From positions 103,638 through 167,637 of the forward strand of contig CAZQLN010000001.1 of the NCBI GenBank assembly GCA_964594215.1: a stretch of DNA of 64,000 nt, read 5' to 3'. Positions within the stretch are counted from its first letter, which is position 1, and each line of letters opens with the position of its first letter. The notes below the pieces were generated by a model that ran no database searches, had not been told where the DNA came from, and saw nothing but the letters and a program-made list of their open reading frames with translations. Both the position numbers and the translations under genes were made by a program. The DNA comes from an uncultured Bdellovibrionales bacterium (GTDB taxonomy: Bacteria; Patescibacteriota; Minisyncoccia; Moranbacterales; UBA1568). Below, in pieces: positions 28,556-38,907 of this stretch.

Positions 28556-29716
28556 ATGCGAGTCCTCTTTCTCAATTATGAATACCCGCCTCTTGGTGGT
28601 GGCGCTGCCAATGCTACAGAGTACCTCCTCAAAGAATACAATCAGGATGGAGCACTTTCTGTCGACCTTGTGACCTCTTCTCCAGTCGATACCCGCCAAG
28701 AAATATGGCTCGGAGAAAACATCTGTGTTCACGCTCTGCCTATTGGTAAAAATGGCAATAATCTTCATCACCAATCCAAAAAGGATCTCATAGTCTACAG
28801 TTTCAAGGCTTACTGGTATGCTAAGAAACTGCTTAAAACCCATCAATACGATGTCATTCATGCATTCTTCGGGGTGCCTTGTGGGGTGCTTGCTATGCGC
28901 CTGGGCAAGAAGTTTGATGTCCCGTACATTGTATCGCTTCGCGGAGCTGATGTGCCAGGTTACAGTGAACGCTTTGCATCACTCTATAATATTCTGACAC
29001 CGCTTATTCGTCTCGTTTGGCGTAAAGCCTTTCAAGTCATTTCTAACAGTCAAGGATTAAGAGAGCTTGCCCTTACTAGTGAACCAGGGCTCAAGATTCC
29101 GATTATCCCGAATGGCGTAGATACCAAAGAGTTTCCAGCTAAAGCAAGTGATACATTCTCAGATGAGTCGTTTACTGTGCTCTCTGTCTCGCGCTTGACT
29201 CCGCGTAAGGGAATTCGTTTTCTAATACAAGCTATAGCGTTGCTTCATCCGCGTTATCCGAAACTGCGACTTCTTATTGCAGGTGAAGGGGGTGAACAGG
29301 AGGCATTAGTGACTCAAGTCAAAGACCTTGATCTGAATGAAGAGGTGCAGTTTTTGGGCCGAGTAGAACACAACGAGCTGGTACATGTCTATCAAGGAGC
29401 CGATGTTTTTTGTTTACCGTCACAAAATGAAGGTATGAGCAATACTCTACTTGAAGCTTTGGCTACAGGGCTACCTATTCTTGCTACGGTAACTGGAGGG
29501 ACCGAGGAATTAGTAGTTGATGGAGAGAATGGTTACTACATAGAAAAAAATAGCGCAGAAGATATTGCAGAGAAACTTACACTACTCATGGAGGATCAAG
29601 GAAAATGCATAGCTTTTGGTCGAGCGAGTAGGTTGCGAGCGGAAGCACAAAGTTGGCAGGCGGTGGCGGATGCTTACATTCAGGTCTATACAGCCAGTGT
29701 GAACAAAAAGTTATGA
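28556..29716 (+). CDS. glycosyltransferase family 4
   Basis: The start MRVLFLNYEYPPLGGG and the motif NEGMSNTLLEALATGLPILAT are GT4 features. The ATG is at 28556; the ORF is open from a TTG at 28547. Confidence 0.8.
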   Translation: MRVLFLNYEYPPLGGGAANATEYLLKEYNQDGALSVDLVTSSPVDTRQEIWLGENICVHALPIGKNGNNLHHQSKKDLIVYSFKAYWYAKKLLKTHQYDVIHAFFGVPCGVLAMRLGKKFDVPYIVSLRGADVPGYSERFASLYNILTPLIRLVWRKAFQVISNSQGLRELALTSEPGLKIPIIPNGVDTKEFPAKASDTFSDESFTVLSVSRLTPRKGIRFLIQAIALLHPRYPKLRLLIAGEGGEQEALVTQVKDLDLNEEVQFLGRVEHNELVHVYQGADVFCLPSQNEGMSNTLLEALATGLPILATVTGGTEELVVDGENGYYIEKNSAEDIAEKLTLLMEDQGKCIAFGRASRLRAEAQSWQAVADAYIQVYTASVNKKL

Positions 29717-30663
29717 AAAAAAAATCACTTAATATTCTCAAGGTACTGATTTCTTTGGGTCTGGTCTATTGGTTGGTTCAGAAGCTTGATTGGCAGCTGG
29801 TTTTCAAGGAGCTTCAGAGTATTAAGATAGGCTATGTGGTATTGTTTATTTTGCTGCAATTGGTCGCTATTGTTTTGTCATCGAAGAAGTGGCAAGTGAT
29901 AGCGAGGTTTCAGGAGATTCACTTTACGGTCTGGGAGGGTTTTCAAACCTATCTGACTGGGACGTTTATCAATAACTTCCTGCCCTCGACGATTGGTGGC
30001 GATATCTACCGAAGTCTCTGGTTAGTGGGAAGGGGAGCTCGTAAGAGTCGAGCTTTTTCCACGGTTATTTTTGATCGTTTTCTTGGATTGATTATGACTT
30101 CAGCACTGGCGCTTGTCGGAGGATTTTTTGTCTGGCAATTTCTTGATCTACCCGCATTTTTGGTTTTATCATACACGCTTGTATTGGGGCTGCTTATTTT
30201 TTTTGGTCTCTGGATTGCCTTTGAGCGTACGGTGTTTGTACAAAACTTAGTGACTCGTATCCCGTGGCAGAAACTGCGAAATCTTTTCGAGGAAAGTTTG
30301 CGTTATAACGCGATGGCTATATGGAAAACAGCATCGTTTTGGACGACTTTATTTATGTTGGTGGGTCTTGGGCTTTCTAATTACGTTTTGTTTCTTGCTC
30401 TGGGTTACACTTTGCCATTCTTTCCCTTCTTGGGATTGGTATTTCTGATGGCGCTTTATGTTAGCTTTCCGATCTCTATTAGTAATATCGGGGTCAAGGA
30501 ATGGGCCTACGGAGTCTTATTTGTACTTCTTGGTGTCAGTTTCGAGACTGCTGTGACCGTAGCTCTCCTTTCTCGTATTCTCCAGACAGGCATTTCTCTG
30601 TTTGCTCTGCCCATCTATTTAAGAGAGGCTTCTCAGAAACTCTTGGCTAAAAGTGAAGCCTAA
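29713..30663 (+). CDS. lysylphosphatidylglycerol-synthase-TM-like / flippase-like domain membrane protein (UPF0104)
   Basis: The roughly 316 aa protein has 7-8 TM helices and the motif NNFLPSTIGGDIYRSLWL. An ATGA overlap joins it to the preceding GT4. This family commonly partners GT2/GT4 genes. Confidence 0.5.
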   Translation: MKKKSLNILKVLISLGLVYWLVQKLDWQLVFKELQSIKIGYVVLFILLQLVAIVLSSKKWQVIARFQEIHFTVWEGFQTYLTGTFINNFLPSTIGGDIYRSLWLVGRGARKSRAFSTVIFDRFLGLIMTSALALVGGFFVWQFLDLPAFLVLSYTLVLGLLIFFGLWIAFERTVFVQNLVTRIPWQKLRNLFEESLRYNAMAIWKTASFWTTLFMLVGLGLSNYVLFLALGYTLPFFPFLGLVFLMALYVSFPISISNIGVKEWAYGVLFVLLGVSFETAVTVALLSRILQTGISLFALPIYLREASQKLLAKSEA

Positions 30664-30665
30664 GC

Positions 30666-32945
30666 TTACTGCGGACGACCTTCGTAGCGGAAGGCGCGGA
30701 CATAGTGTGAGGGACGCTCATTGATCTTGACTTCGAAGTCAGGATTTTCTTTATCGTAGAAAAGATGAATCGGAATGACGGTATCTTTGTGGCTATCATA
30801 GCTCGAACGAATCATGTGGCCAGTGCGTATCTTGCGGGCTGATGAGATGACTATGTAGTCAATATCTTGATCGGTAATCACCTCAGGATTGTTACCACGT
30901 TTGCAGCGACCAACGAAAAACTGACACACACCGTCCTTATCTGTCCAAATGAGGGTGTCTTTGGCATTCGGGAGACTATTGAGTTTTTGGGCTATCTCAT
31001 AGCTTCCTGGGCCCATGTCTTTGAGATCAATATAGTACTGACTTGGAAGGAGAGAAGAAGCATAACTGAGCGGGAAATGAGTACGAGCTAGAGTAGCTAC
31101 TCCACAAGCAAGAACGATGAGAGTAAGAATAAATACAGCATGGTCCTTCTGCCAATGATATTTTCGTTCAACAAAACGAGCTAGGTGGAACAAGCCAATA
31201 CCACCGAGTAAGGCTACAAGGGGAAAGATGATGATCTGGTAGCGGATAATAGAAGCGACACCGTTTACTGTAGCACCGAGATAGTAAACGAGAGAAAGAA
31301 GGGTGATGTAGAAAGCGAAGCGCAGGCTTGAGCTCTTCCAGAAGTGTTTTTGGGAGAGGAAAAGTGCTGCTATGAGAATTCCTAAGAGGGCGAGGGGAGT
31401 CATTCCAAAGGTAAGGGGATAGAAATTGGTCACGAAGACTCCGAAAAGATCACTTTTACTACTGATGGTTTTCGGAGAAGCGATCAATTGCATGAAGTCA
31501 TAGACAGCCATGTGAGACCACGTAGTAATGAGGACAAATAGGATACTAGCAAAGAATATCAAAAGCGGCAGACGGGCTACAGTGAGACGAAAATGACCAA
31601 GCCATTTGAGAGCCCAGGCGATGATACGAGACTGGTTGAGATTCTCATCCAAGAGAATAAGGAAGATAAGGCCCAAGAAAAGAGGGGCGACTTTGACAAA
31701 GGCTTGGCTCAAAATAGTACCCTGAATCAACTCCATAGGATCTACCCAGTTGGCAGGCAGGATGATATAGAAGGTTGCAAGAGAAACGAAAATAACAAAG
31801 CCAATCTGGAGCAGAGATTTTCTTAAGTAGGAAGAAAATTCTTGACGAGCTAATCTAGGATGGTACAGGTATTCTACGAAGAGGAGGAGTAACAGATAAA
31901 TGAAGACAATATTAGCAATGTATTTCGTAAGAAGAGCGAGGCCAAGAAATAATCCCGAAAGAAAGAGGTAGCGATAGTAAGCTCTTTTCTGGAAAACAAG
32001 GTAACTCACAATAGAGAGGGTGGTGAAGATCCATAAAAGAGCATCAGGATTAATGATTTTGGTGACCCCAATGAGGAGGGGAGAGGTAGCTAGAAGAGCG
32101 AAAGAAAGAAGGGCGGCTCCGCGACCAAGAACTCGTTCTAGGAAGAAGTAGAGAAGGGGTAGAAGCAACGTGACAAAGAGAAGAAGAGGGAAACGGAAGG
32201 CGGCGAAAAACTGTGCCATGTCGAGATTTCTATTGATGAAGACCTCGCCGTCGCTTCTCAAGTCATCATAATCATCAGGATCGTATTTCAGAAGAGCGGC
32301 ACCGGAGAGAATAGAAACAGTAATACCTGGTTTATCACTGACGTCTGTTTTATGAAATTCACGATCAGCGATATTATTCCAATACTGAGAGATACGTCCA
32401 TAGAGCCAGAGTGGCTCATCGACAGCAGCGTACTGGCCGAGACGGATAAAGCCAAAAGAGAAGAAGGTAAGGCTTAAGAATAGAACAAGAAATAGCGTGG
32501 GTGCCCCCTGAGCTCGCCACCAGTCACGGACACTCAAACCTGAAGAGACTTTTGGTTGGCGCTTCACGAAGCGGTAGTAAAATAAGCTAGCCGTCATTAT
32601 CAATCCTAGACCAGAACCCACTTGAAAAATAAAATGAAACTTTGGCGAGAGGATAACGCCGGTAAAAATAATCAAGAAAGTGGGGAGTAGAGCCATGCTT
32701 AGGAGAGAGAATTGATCAAGGAGTGATCTTGAAGCATAGTTTTTATGAAAGAAAAGAATGCCACCAAGGCAGAGTCCGATAAGCCCGAAGCCCCCGTAAA
32801 AAAAGGTATTATCTACAGTGGCAAGTTTGAAAAAAGTGAGAGCGTGGACTTGTTTGGCAATAAAGAAAAAGGCGATAGTAGCGCCGAGAATACTGATACT
32901 GACGAGGGGGTTTTGGAGGCGACGAGCAGAAGGTAAGGGAGTCAT
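30666..32945 (-). CDS. GT-C-fold membrane glycosyltransferase, ArnT/PMT-like (GT39/83-like)
   Basis: The 759 aa protein has at least 12 TM helices and the motifs SPLLIGVTKIINPDALLW and LLTKYIANI, which resemble the PMT_2/ArnT core. It has a C-terminal soluble domain. Confidence 0.55.
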   Translation of the reverse strand: MTPLPSARRLQNPLVSISILGATIAFFFIAKQVHALTFFKLATVDNTFFYGGFGLIGLCLGGILFFHKNYASRSLLDQFSLLSMALLPTFLIIFTGVILSPKFHFIFQVGSGLGLIMTASLFYYRFVKRQPKVSSGLSVRDWWRAQGAPTLFLVLFLSLTFFSFGFIRLGQYAAVDEPLWLYGRISQYWNNIADREFHKTDVSDKPGITVSILSGAALLKYDPDDYDDLRSDGEVFINRNLDMAQFFAAFRFPLLLFVTLLLPLLYFFLERVLGRGAALLSFALLATSPLLIGVTKIINPDALLWIFTTLSIVSYLVFQKRAYYRYLFLSGLFLGLALLTKYIANIVFIYLLLLLFVEYLYHPRLARQEFSSYLRKSLLQIGFVIFVSLATFYIILPANWVDPMELIQGTILSQAFVKVAPLFLGLIFLILLDENLNQSRIIAWALKWLGHFRLTVARLPLLIFFASILFVLITTWSHMAVYDFMQLIASPKTISSKSDLFGVFVTNFYPLTFGMTPLALLGILIAALFLSQKHFWKSSSLRFAFYITLLSLVYYLGATVNGVASIIRYQIIIFPLVALLGGIGLFHLARFVERKYHWQKDHAVFILTLIVLACGVATLARTHFPLSYASSLLPSQYYIDLKDMGPGSYEIAQKLNSLPNAKDTLIWTDKDGVCQFFVGRCKRGNNPEVITDQDIDYIVISSARKIRTGHMIRSSYDSHKDTVIPIHLFYDKENPDFEVKINERPSHYVRAFRYEGRPQ

Positions 32946-33017
32946 AGTTTTTGCTAAGCGGTCAAAAATGAGATAAAATAGAGTTATCTTGGGGATGGGT
33001 AACTCGCTTCATTTTAG

Positions 33018-34832
33018 ATGAAAATAAGCCAAAAAGAAAGTATGCTTAGTACCATGGATCCCTTCCAAAAATCTTTCTTCGTATTCCTTTTTGTAGCCAT
33101 TCTAGCTTTTGCTTTTTATATTCGTGTCGACCATTTTGAACGTTGGCTTCATTTTGAGCTTGATCAAGCTCGTGATGCGATTGTTATTGATGGAGGATTT
33201 GCTGGTGATTTTTGGGACTTACCGCTACTAGGACCCAAGGCCGGAGGAACTTTTCTTCGTCTTGCTCCAGCCTTCTATTACCTCGAGTACGTAAGTGGGC
33301 TTATCTTTGGTCAGAAACCTGCGGGTATTGCCTTTTTCGTACCTATTCTTGGGGTATGTCTTTTGCCACTGCTCTATCTCTTGTTTAGAAGGGCTCACTC
33401 TGCTTGGGAGAGTCTGGGCTTGATGGCACTTGCTTCGGTATCAATGTACATGGTGCTTTATGCTCGTTTTGCCTGGAATCCGAACTTGTTGCCGTTTTTT
33501 CTTACTCTTGGGTTTTACGCCTTACTACGAGCTGTACCGGTGGATGAAAAGCACCGAACAGTTTGGTTTTTGGTAGCTACCTTTGCTTTAATGTTAGCTA
33601 CACAGATGCATTTCTTGGCGTTTCTGGCGGTACCTATTATTGTAGCGGCTTTCTTATTACTCAAAAGAGCGCGTTTTTCTTGGCAGGCGTGGACGGGCGC
33701 AATCGCTATCATTATTTTCCTTTCCTTGCCAGTGATTCTCAATGAACTCCGTACGGGGGGTGCTAATACGGGTGAGTTTTTTGCCGCCATCACGGAGAAG
33801 TCTACCAAGGAGCAGCACAATCTTATCGAAAAAGGTATTCGTGATATCTCCGAGTTTGGTCTCGCCAGTGTAGTCATACTCACCGGTTCTGAAAGTGCTA
33901 CTTTTCCAAATGTTTTGGTCAATGCGGAGGCTTGGGGGACAGTCTGTGATGCGAAGTGTGACAAAGGGAAGTTATTAGGTGTTCTTGGGGTATTATTTTT
34001 CCTTTTGGGGACAGCATCTTTGTGTAGAGGCTGGTGGAGGGCTCGTGATCGACAGGTATCAGATTTTTATCTTTTGGCGATGATTTGGCTCGGGGTTTCA
34101 TTTATCTTGTATTTACCACTAGCCTATGCGGTAGCGCCGCGGTTTTATCTTCTCTCAGCGCCATTGTTTTTCATCATGCTCGGAAGTATTTATACGAATA
34201 TTGTCCCAGGGACAGGTAAAATCAAGCACGGAGTGTTTGTTCTACTTATTATTATCTTAGTTATCCTCAATTACCTTTATCTGGATCAGCGCTATACAGA
34301 GTTGGTCAAAGCGCCTTTTAATCCCGTTTTGAGTGCTCCAGATCGTGTCTTGAAAGAGCGTACACGCGTGACTCTCGAACAACAGACTATCATCAGTTAT
34401 TTCCTTCGTGAAAGATATCGAGAAACCGGTAAGGTGCTGTATCTTACGAGTGAGCCACAGTATAAGCGAGCGCTCAAGTATATGTTGGAACGAGAGCATA
34501 TTCCGATGAGTGGTTTCAACGCTGCCAATCTCTATCGTGAAGGACTTTACTATCTTGTTTTGCGTACTGGTGGCAATATCGAAACTAACTATGCTAAGTA
34601 TTTAGATCGTTTCGATGTTATTCAGGTCACTCAATTTGGAACACTCAGCTTAGTTGAACTTCGACCCAAAGAAGAGTTTATTGTGGGTGACCGGCAGGAT
34701 CTCAACGTTCCAGCTAAACAAGCTACCTCCAAAGCCCCGCCACGCTATACCTGGCGAGAGTTTTTCACTCCTGGAGCTGGAGAGTTTTCAGAAGATGAAG
34801 TAGAAAGTGAGATTACGACTGATGCTAACTAA
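33018..34832 (+). CDS. GT-C-fold membrane glycosyltransferase, ArnT-like
   Basis: The 604 aa protein has a polytopic N-terminus with ARFAWNPNLLPFFLTLGFYALL-type helices and a C-terminal soluble domain. Confidence 0.5.
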   Translation: MKISQKESMLSTMDPFQKSFFVFLFVAILAFAFYIRVDHFERWLHFELDQARDAIVIDGGFAGDFWDLPLLGPKAGGTFLRLAPAFYYLEYVSGLIFGQKPAGIAFFVPILGVCLLPLLYLLFRRAHSAWESLGLMALASVSMYMVLYARFAWNPNLLPFFLTLGFYALLRAVPVDEKHRTVWFLVATFALMLATQMHFLAFLAVPIIVAAFLLLKRARFSWQAWTGAIAIIIFLSLPVILNELRTGGANTGEFFAAITEKSTKEQHNLIEKGIRDISEFGLASVVILTGSESATFPNVLVNAEAWGTVCDAKCDKGKLLGVLGVLFFLLGTASLCRGWWRARDRQVSDFYLLAMIWLGVSFILYLPLAYAVAPRFYLLSAPLFFIMLGSIYTNIVPGTGKIKHGVFVLLIIILVILNYLYLDQRYTELVKAPFNPVLSAPDRVLKERTRVTLEQQTIISYFLRERYRETGKVLYLTSEPQYKRALKYMLEREHIPMSGFNAANLYREGLYYLVLRTGGNIETNYAKYLDRFDVIQVTQFGTLSLVELRPKEEFIVGDRQDLNVPAKQATSKAPPRYTWREFFTPGAGEFSEDEVESEITTDAN

Positions 34833-36360
34833 GACTGCTATGCAAAAATGGTTTCTCGGCAAGCAAACCCTTGCCCTTCTCTTCGTTATTATTACTATTG
34901 GTACAGGGTTGAGACTCTATAATCTGGGGTACAACTCTTTTGTCGCAGATGAATTCCTTGATATCAATTCGAGCTATGGTTACAGTCAGACGGGTACCTG
35001 GAAGGCCTGGGACTTCAATTATGGGGTACCGGCGACCGAAAACATCAATGACGCCCGTGATGCACGAGCCGCTGTGTATAAGTGGCAAGTAGCACAAGTA
35101 TTTAAGATCTTACCACCGACAGAGACTAGCGCTCGCCTCGTCAGTGTTTTGTGGGGAGTCATCTCCATGATTCTGATTTTTTGGGTGACTCGGTATTTCA
35201 CCAAGAGTAAGGAAGCAGCTCTCATAGCAACTTTTCTGTTCGCTCTTTCAGTGAGCGCTATCATCTTCGATAGACGGTTGCGCATGTATGCGATGTTTTT
35301 GCCAGTATATCTGGCATTAACAACTAGCCTGTATGCCCTCTTTGAACAAGAGTATCGAGGGAGGCTAGATAGAGTGAAACATGTTTGGGAAAAGTATGGA
35401 GTGAATGTTTGGTTCGTAATTCCAACAGTAGTTCTCGGTTACGTCGCATTTCTGACTCATCAAATTACTCTCACTATCGTGCCGATGTTTGGGGTTTACG
35501 TACTCGTGATGAGTATCCTTTTGTGGCGTCAGGGGAATCGTAAGAATAAATACAGCATCCTGACAGCTCTTGGGATTCTCGCTCTGGTCGGATTAATAGT
35601 GACTGGGCTCTGGTCCAAAGTGAGCTATCTCTTTGTTTTTTTCGATAACCACTATTCATACATTGGGTATGTTTTTGGTGATTTTGCCCAACCATTGATG
35701 GGGATGCTGTTAGTGGCAGTAGGGGCATGGGCACTGATCAAGAATCGAGAAACTCACAAGCAGGGGGTATGGCTAGCTGTTTCCTTGGGGGTACCTCTCG
35801 CTATGGCTATTTGGTTGTGGCACCGCAATGCCGGTCCGCAGTACATTTTTTTTGTACAGTCATTTACCTTCATTTTAGCAGCCGCCGGGGTTAATTGGCT
35901 CCGCTTACTTTTAGTAGAAAAATTTACTCATACTAAAAAAGTTTCTTTGATTGTTTTACTTTTGACAGTTCTTCTCCTACCAAATTATCTTTACTTCCAG
36001 GAAGAAAACAATACCTATCACGAAACTTCATCCGGAGGGAACCCTAATTACAGCAAGGTCTTCACCTATTTCAAGAAGCAGCATCAACCAGAAGAAGTCT
36101 TGATTACGAGAAATTTCCGTAATTATTATTGGAGCGGAGCTCAGGTACCGGTTTATGATTTTGGAGGAGAACTTTCAGAACGTAATTTCTCAATTGCTGA
36201 TCTACAAGCTATTCAGGCTAAGCATGCTCATGGCTGGATAATTGTTTCTGAGAATGATCTCGACTATATAAAGGGAGACGCTAAGGATTATATAGAACAA
36301 AACCTCGAGCACGTCAGCAATTCTAATATCCGTGGAGCTATCGAAGCTTATCGATGGTAA
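34807..36360 (+). CDS. GT-C-fold membrane glycosyltransferase, PMT/GT39-like
   Basis: The 517 aa polytopic protein has an acidic DE motif in its first extracytoplasmic loop (FVADEFLDIN), as in PMT-type enzymes. The start is uncertain; alternative ATGs lie at 34822 and 34840. Confidence 0.5.
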   Translation: MRLRLMLTKTAMQKWFLGKQTLALLFVIITIGTGLRLYNLGYNSFVADEFLDINSSYGYSQTGTWKAWDFNYGVPATENINDARDARAAVYKWQVAQVFKILPPTETSARLVSVLWGVISMILIFWVTRYFTKSKEAALIATFLFALSVSAIIFDRRLRMYAMFLPVYLALTTSLYALFEQEYRGRLDRVKHVWEKYGVNVWFVIPTVVLGYVAFLTHQITLTIVPMFGVYVLVMSILLWRQGNRKNKYSILTALGILALVGLIVTGLWSKVSYLFVFFDNHYSYIGYVFGDFAQPLMGMLLVAVGAWALIKNRETHKQGVWLAVSLGVPLAMAIWLWHRNAGPQYIFFVQSFTFILAAAGVNWLRLLLVEKFTHTKKVSLIVLLLTVLLLPNYLYFQEENNTYHETSSGGNPNYSKVFTYFKKQHQPEEVLITRNFRNYYWSGAQVPVYDFGGELSERNFSIADLQAIQAKHAHGWIIVSENDLDYIKGDAKDYIEQNLEHVSNSNIRGAIEAYRW

Positions 36361-36439
36361 TAGGTGAATCTATTGACTAAAAGCCTGTTTAAAGGTAGTC
36401 TTTTGTTACCAAATAGGGTATTTTTTCGGGAGAAATAAA

Positions 36440-36670
36440 GTGCTAGATGGAAAGAGTTTTACCACACAGACGATTTCTGAAAATCAGTTCAAACAGAATC
36501 TGGTGGACATGGTGGCGCGTCACCAAAAGCTTACGGAGCAAGGACGTCAAGTTCTTTTCGACGGAAGAGACATTTCTCTCTTAACCCTCGGAGAACTCCT
36601 TTTGGCTGATCCAACTACAATGTATTTTCGTACCGAGGTCATCCCGCTTTTCGAAGCCGCCGCCGCATAG
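36440..36670 (+). CDS. hypothetical small protein (76 aa)
   Basis: The ORF is preceded by GGGAGA and a TTGACT hexamer at 36373. It ends just before a bidirectional terminator and has no recognisable family. Confidence 0.3.
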   Translation: MLDGKSFTTQTISENQFKQNLVDMVARHQKLTEQGRQVLFDGRDISLLTLGELLLADPTTMYFRTEVIPLFEAAAA

Positions 36671-36695
36671 TCGGCAGTCTTTGGGAGAGTATCCT

Positions 36696-36737
36696 AAAAA
36701 AGCGTCGCTCAGGTGAAACACCTTGGCGACGTTTTTT
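36696..36737. terminator. bidirectional rho-independent terminator between convergent genes
   Basis: An A6 tract is followed by the hairpin GCGTCGCTCAGGTG-AAACA-CCTTGGCGACG and then T6. Confidence 0.6.
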
Positions 36738-36743
36738 AGATAG

Positions 36744-38204
36744 CTATACCTTTTTGAGCATTTTAGAGAAGGGGCCTAAGTCTTTGGGAGTGAGAACCTT
36801 GGCGTACCAGAGAAAGATAAGATGAAGAGCAAAGAAACCAGCACCTAGGGGAATAAAAAGAAAAACATTTTTTGGCAAGAAAAAAGCCATATCGAAAATG
36901 ATGATAGAGCTCAACAGAGAGATGAAGAAATCTCGTTTCGGCAGTTTAATAGCAAATTCTTTGACTAAGGCAATCAAGATGTATCCCATGAGAACAAATG
37001 AGGTGAGGGTAACCGCTGCTGAGGCCCCAGCAATGCCGTAGACCGGAATAAGGCTGAAGTTTAAGAGAGAGGTCATAATCACTCCGAAAATAGTAGCTAC
37101 AAGAGGTATAGCGAGTCGTCCAGCACCAGCTAACGCAAAGGCGAAGACATAGAAGACTGTGAGAAAACCCGAACCAATGAGGAATATCTGATAAGCCGCT
37201 AAGGCATCTGCGTACCGATGGCCATAGAAGAATTGGAGCACCTCAGTACCGTAGGCGTAGAGGAGTGTCAGCATAGGAATTAAGATAATCACCATAAGAC
37301 GAAGCGATTGAGTAACCAGTGATTTGGTTTCTTCATCTGTGGTGTTGGTTTTGGATTTGGCGATAGCAGGAAGCAAAATAATAGTGAGGGCGTAGAAAAG
37401 AAAGTAGGGGATGCGTCCAGCAGTGATGGCGGCATTGTAAAGACCAGTCAGGAGATCATCATGGAGAAGCGCTTTGACGAAATAGAGATCTACAGTAAGG
37501 ATAAGCTCATAACAAAGAAGAAAGAGCGTGAAGGGCCAAGCATAATTGAGAAGTTGTTTGGTAGGGAAGTGATAGGAAGCTTCTTTGGCGGGAAGAGTAG
37601 GGTTTACCTTCACAAGATCATAGAGGCTGGCTATAAGAAAAACAGCTAACGGCGCTGCGATATAGCCAGCGACAGCACCAGCAACTCCATAGAGATAACC
37701 AAGGCCAATGATGAAAATAATACGAGCGAGAGCTCTAAGGGTTTTGAGGACCGCTTGGAGACGAAAATAATGAAGACCAGTATAGAAATAAAAATAAAAC
37801 GAAGCGGCAGCAAAAGCAGGTATGATAAAAGCAGAAAGTTGGAAGAGTGGGGTGAGGCTCGGATCTTTGAGAACACCCTCTGCAATAAAAGAGGAAAGGC
37901 AATAAAAAATAAAAGTCGTGGGTAGGATGATGAATACTTGGAGTTTGATAGCAGTTTTTTTAATACTCCGTACGCGGTCAGGGTGAGATTCGAAAATCTC
38001 AGCTAGGTACTTAGACATAGCTGTAGGGACCCCATTACCAATGAGAACAATCAACATGGTAGTGAGGGTCACGATGATGCCGAAGCGCCCATAATCCTCA
38101 GGACCCAAAATACGTCCAAGGGAAGCGTGGATGACATAGCCGGCCACATTGAAAATAATCTCAGAAGCAGTCAGCCAAATAAGAGCTTTGTTAAAATTTT
38201 TCAT
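36744..38204 (-). CDS. Wzx-type oligosaccharide flippase (MOP superfamily polysaccharide biosynthesis protein)
   Basis: The 486 aa protein has about 14 TM helices and the Polysacc_synt-like N-terminus KALIWLTASEIIFNVAGYV. Confidence 0.6.
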   Translation of the reverse strand: MKNFNKALIWLTASEIIFNVAGYVIHASLGRILGPEDYGRFGIIVTLTTMLIVLIGNGVPTAMSKYLAEIFESHPDRVRSIKKTAIKLQVFIILPTTFIFYCLSSFIAEGVLKDPSLTPLFQLSAFIIPAFAAASFYFYFYTGLHYFRLQAVLKTLRALARIIFIIGLGYLYGVAGAVAGYIAAPLAVFLIASLYDLVKVNPTLPAKEASYHFPTKQLLNYAWPFTLFLLCYELILTVDLYFVKALLHDDLLTGLYNAAITAGRIPYFLFYALTIILLPAIAKSKTNTTDEETKSLVTQSLRLMVIILIPMLTLLYAYGTEVLQFFYGHRYADALAAYQIFLIGSGFLTVFYVFAFALAGAGRLAIPLVATIFGVIMTSLLNFSLIPVYGIAGASAAVTLTSFVLMGYILIALVKEFAIKLPKRDFFISLLSSIIIFDMAFFLPKNVFLFIPLGAGFFALHLIFLWYAKVLTPKDLGPFSKMLKKV

Positions 38205-38270
38205 AGAGATTTTTTGTAAGAAAGGCCAGGCTTTCTTGCTCTTATACCGCGTTGAAAAAGCTTTTTCTTT

Positions 38271-38906
38271 CTATTCACTAGTATAACCTACTTTTTCAAG
38301 TATAAGGCGAAAAATCTCTTCTTCTGCTTTGGTAGCATCAAGGGATATAAGACTCCAGGGTTCTTCTTTACTATTAAACAAAATAAGCTTATCTTCAAGG
38401 TATTGTTGACCTTGTTCAGGGATACGACTCCGATTCATAATATCTTCTGCATTGAGAGCAAAGAAGAATGGATAGTTTGCTTTTGGCATGAAATGCGCTA
38501 AGAATCTGATGCCAAAACGTACCAGTGCTGAATCTTTGGCAAGGTTGAGGTATTCTATATTGATCATTGAGTCATAAAAGGAGCGATCAGAGAGAATATA
38601 GTCGTAACCTTCCAGACGTAGGTGGCGACACCAGAAATGGAAACGAATAAAGTCTATGAAGAGAAATTTTTCTCGCAGGATAAGACTTATCAAAGAAGCT
38701 TCGGTAACAGCCTTTTCTTGACCAGCTTCAAATGACCGCTTCCCTTTGAGAAGACGACTAATCTTATTAGCAAGGGAGAACTCAACAGCATGAAAATAAG
38801 CTACCTTGTGGCCATTTTTGACCAGATGGTTCATCAAGGGTTCGAGTTGAGTAGATTTACCCGAACCATCTACACCAGTGAGGGCGATATAAGAGATATC
38901 ACTCAT
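38271..38906 (-). CDS. thymidylate-kinase-family P-loop nucleotide kinase of unclear specificity
   Basis: The Walker A loop is TGVDGSGKSTQ (Tmk GxDGxGKT type), the DRY-like segment is LSDRSFYDS, and a lid region and LDATK C-terminus are present. The TMP-binding REP motif is not conserved. Confidence 0.55.
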   Translation of the reverse strand: MSDISYIALTGVDGSGKSTQLEPLMNHLVKNGHKVAYFHAVEFSLANKISRLLKGKRSFEAGQEKAVTEASLISLILREKFLFIDFIRFHFWCRHLRLEGYDYILSDRSFYDSMINIEYLNLAKDSALVRFGIRFLAHFMPKANYPFFFALNAEDIMNRSRIPEQGQQYLEDKLILFNSKEEPWSLISLDATKAEEEIFRLILEKVGYTSE

Positions 38907-38907
38907 A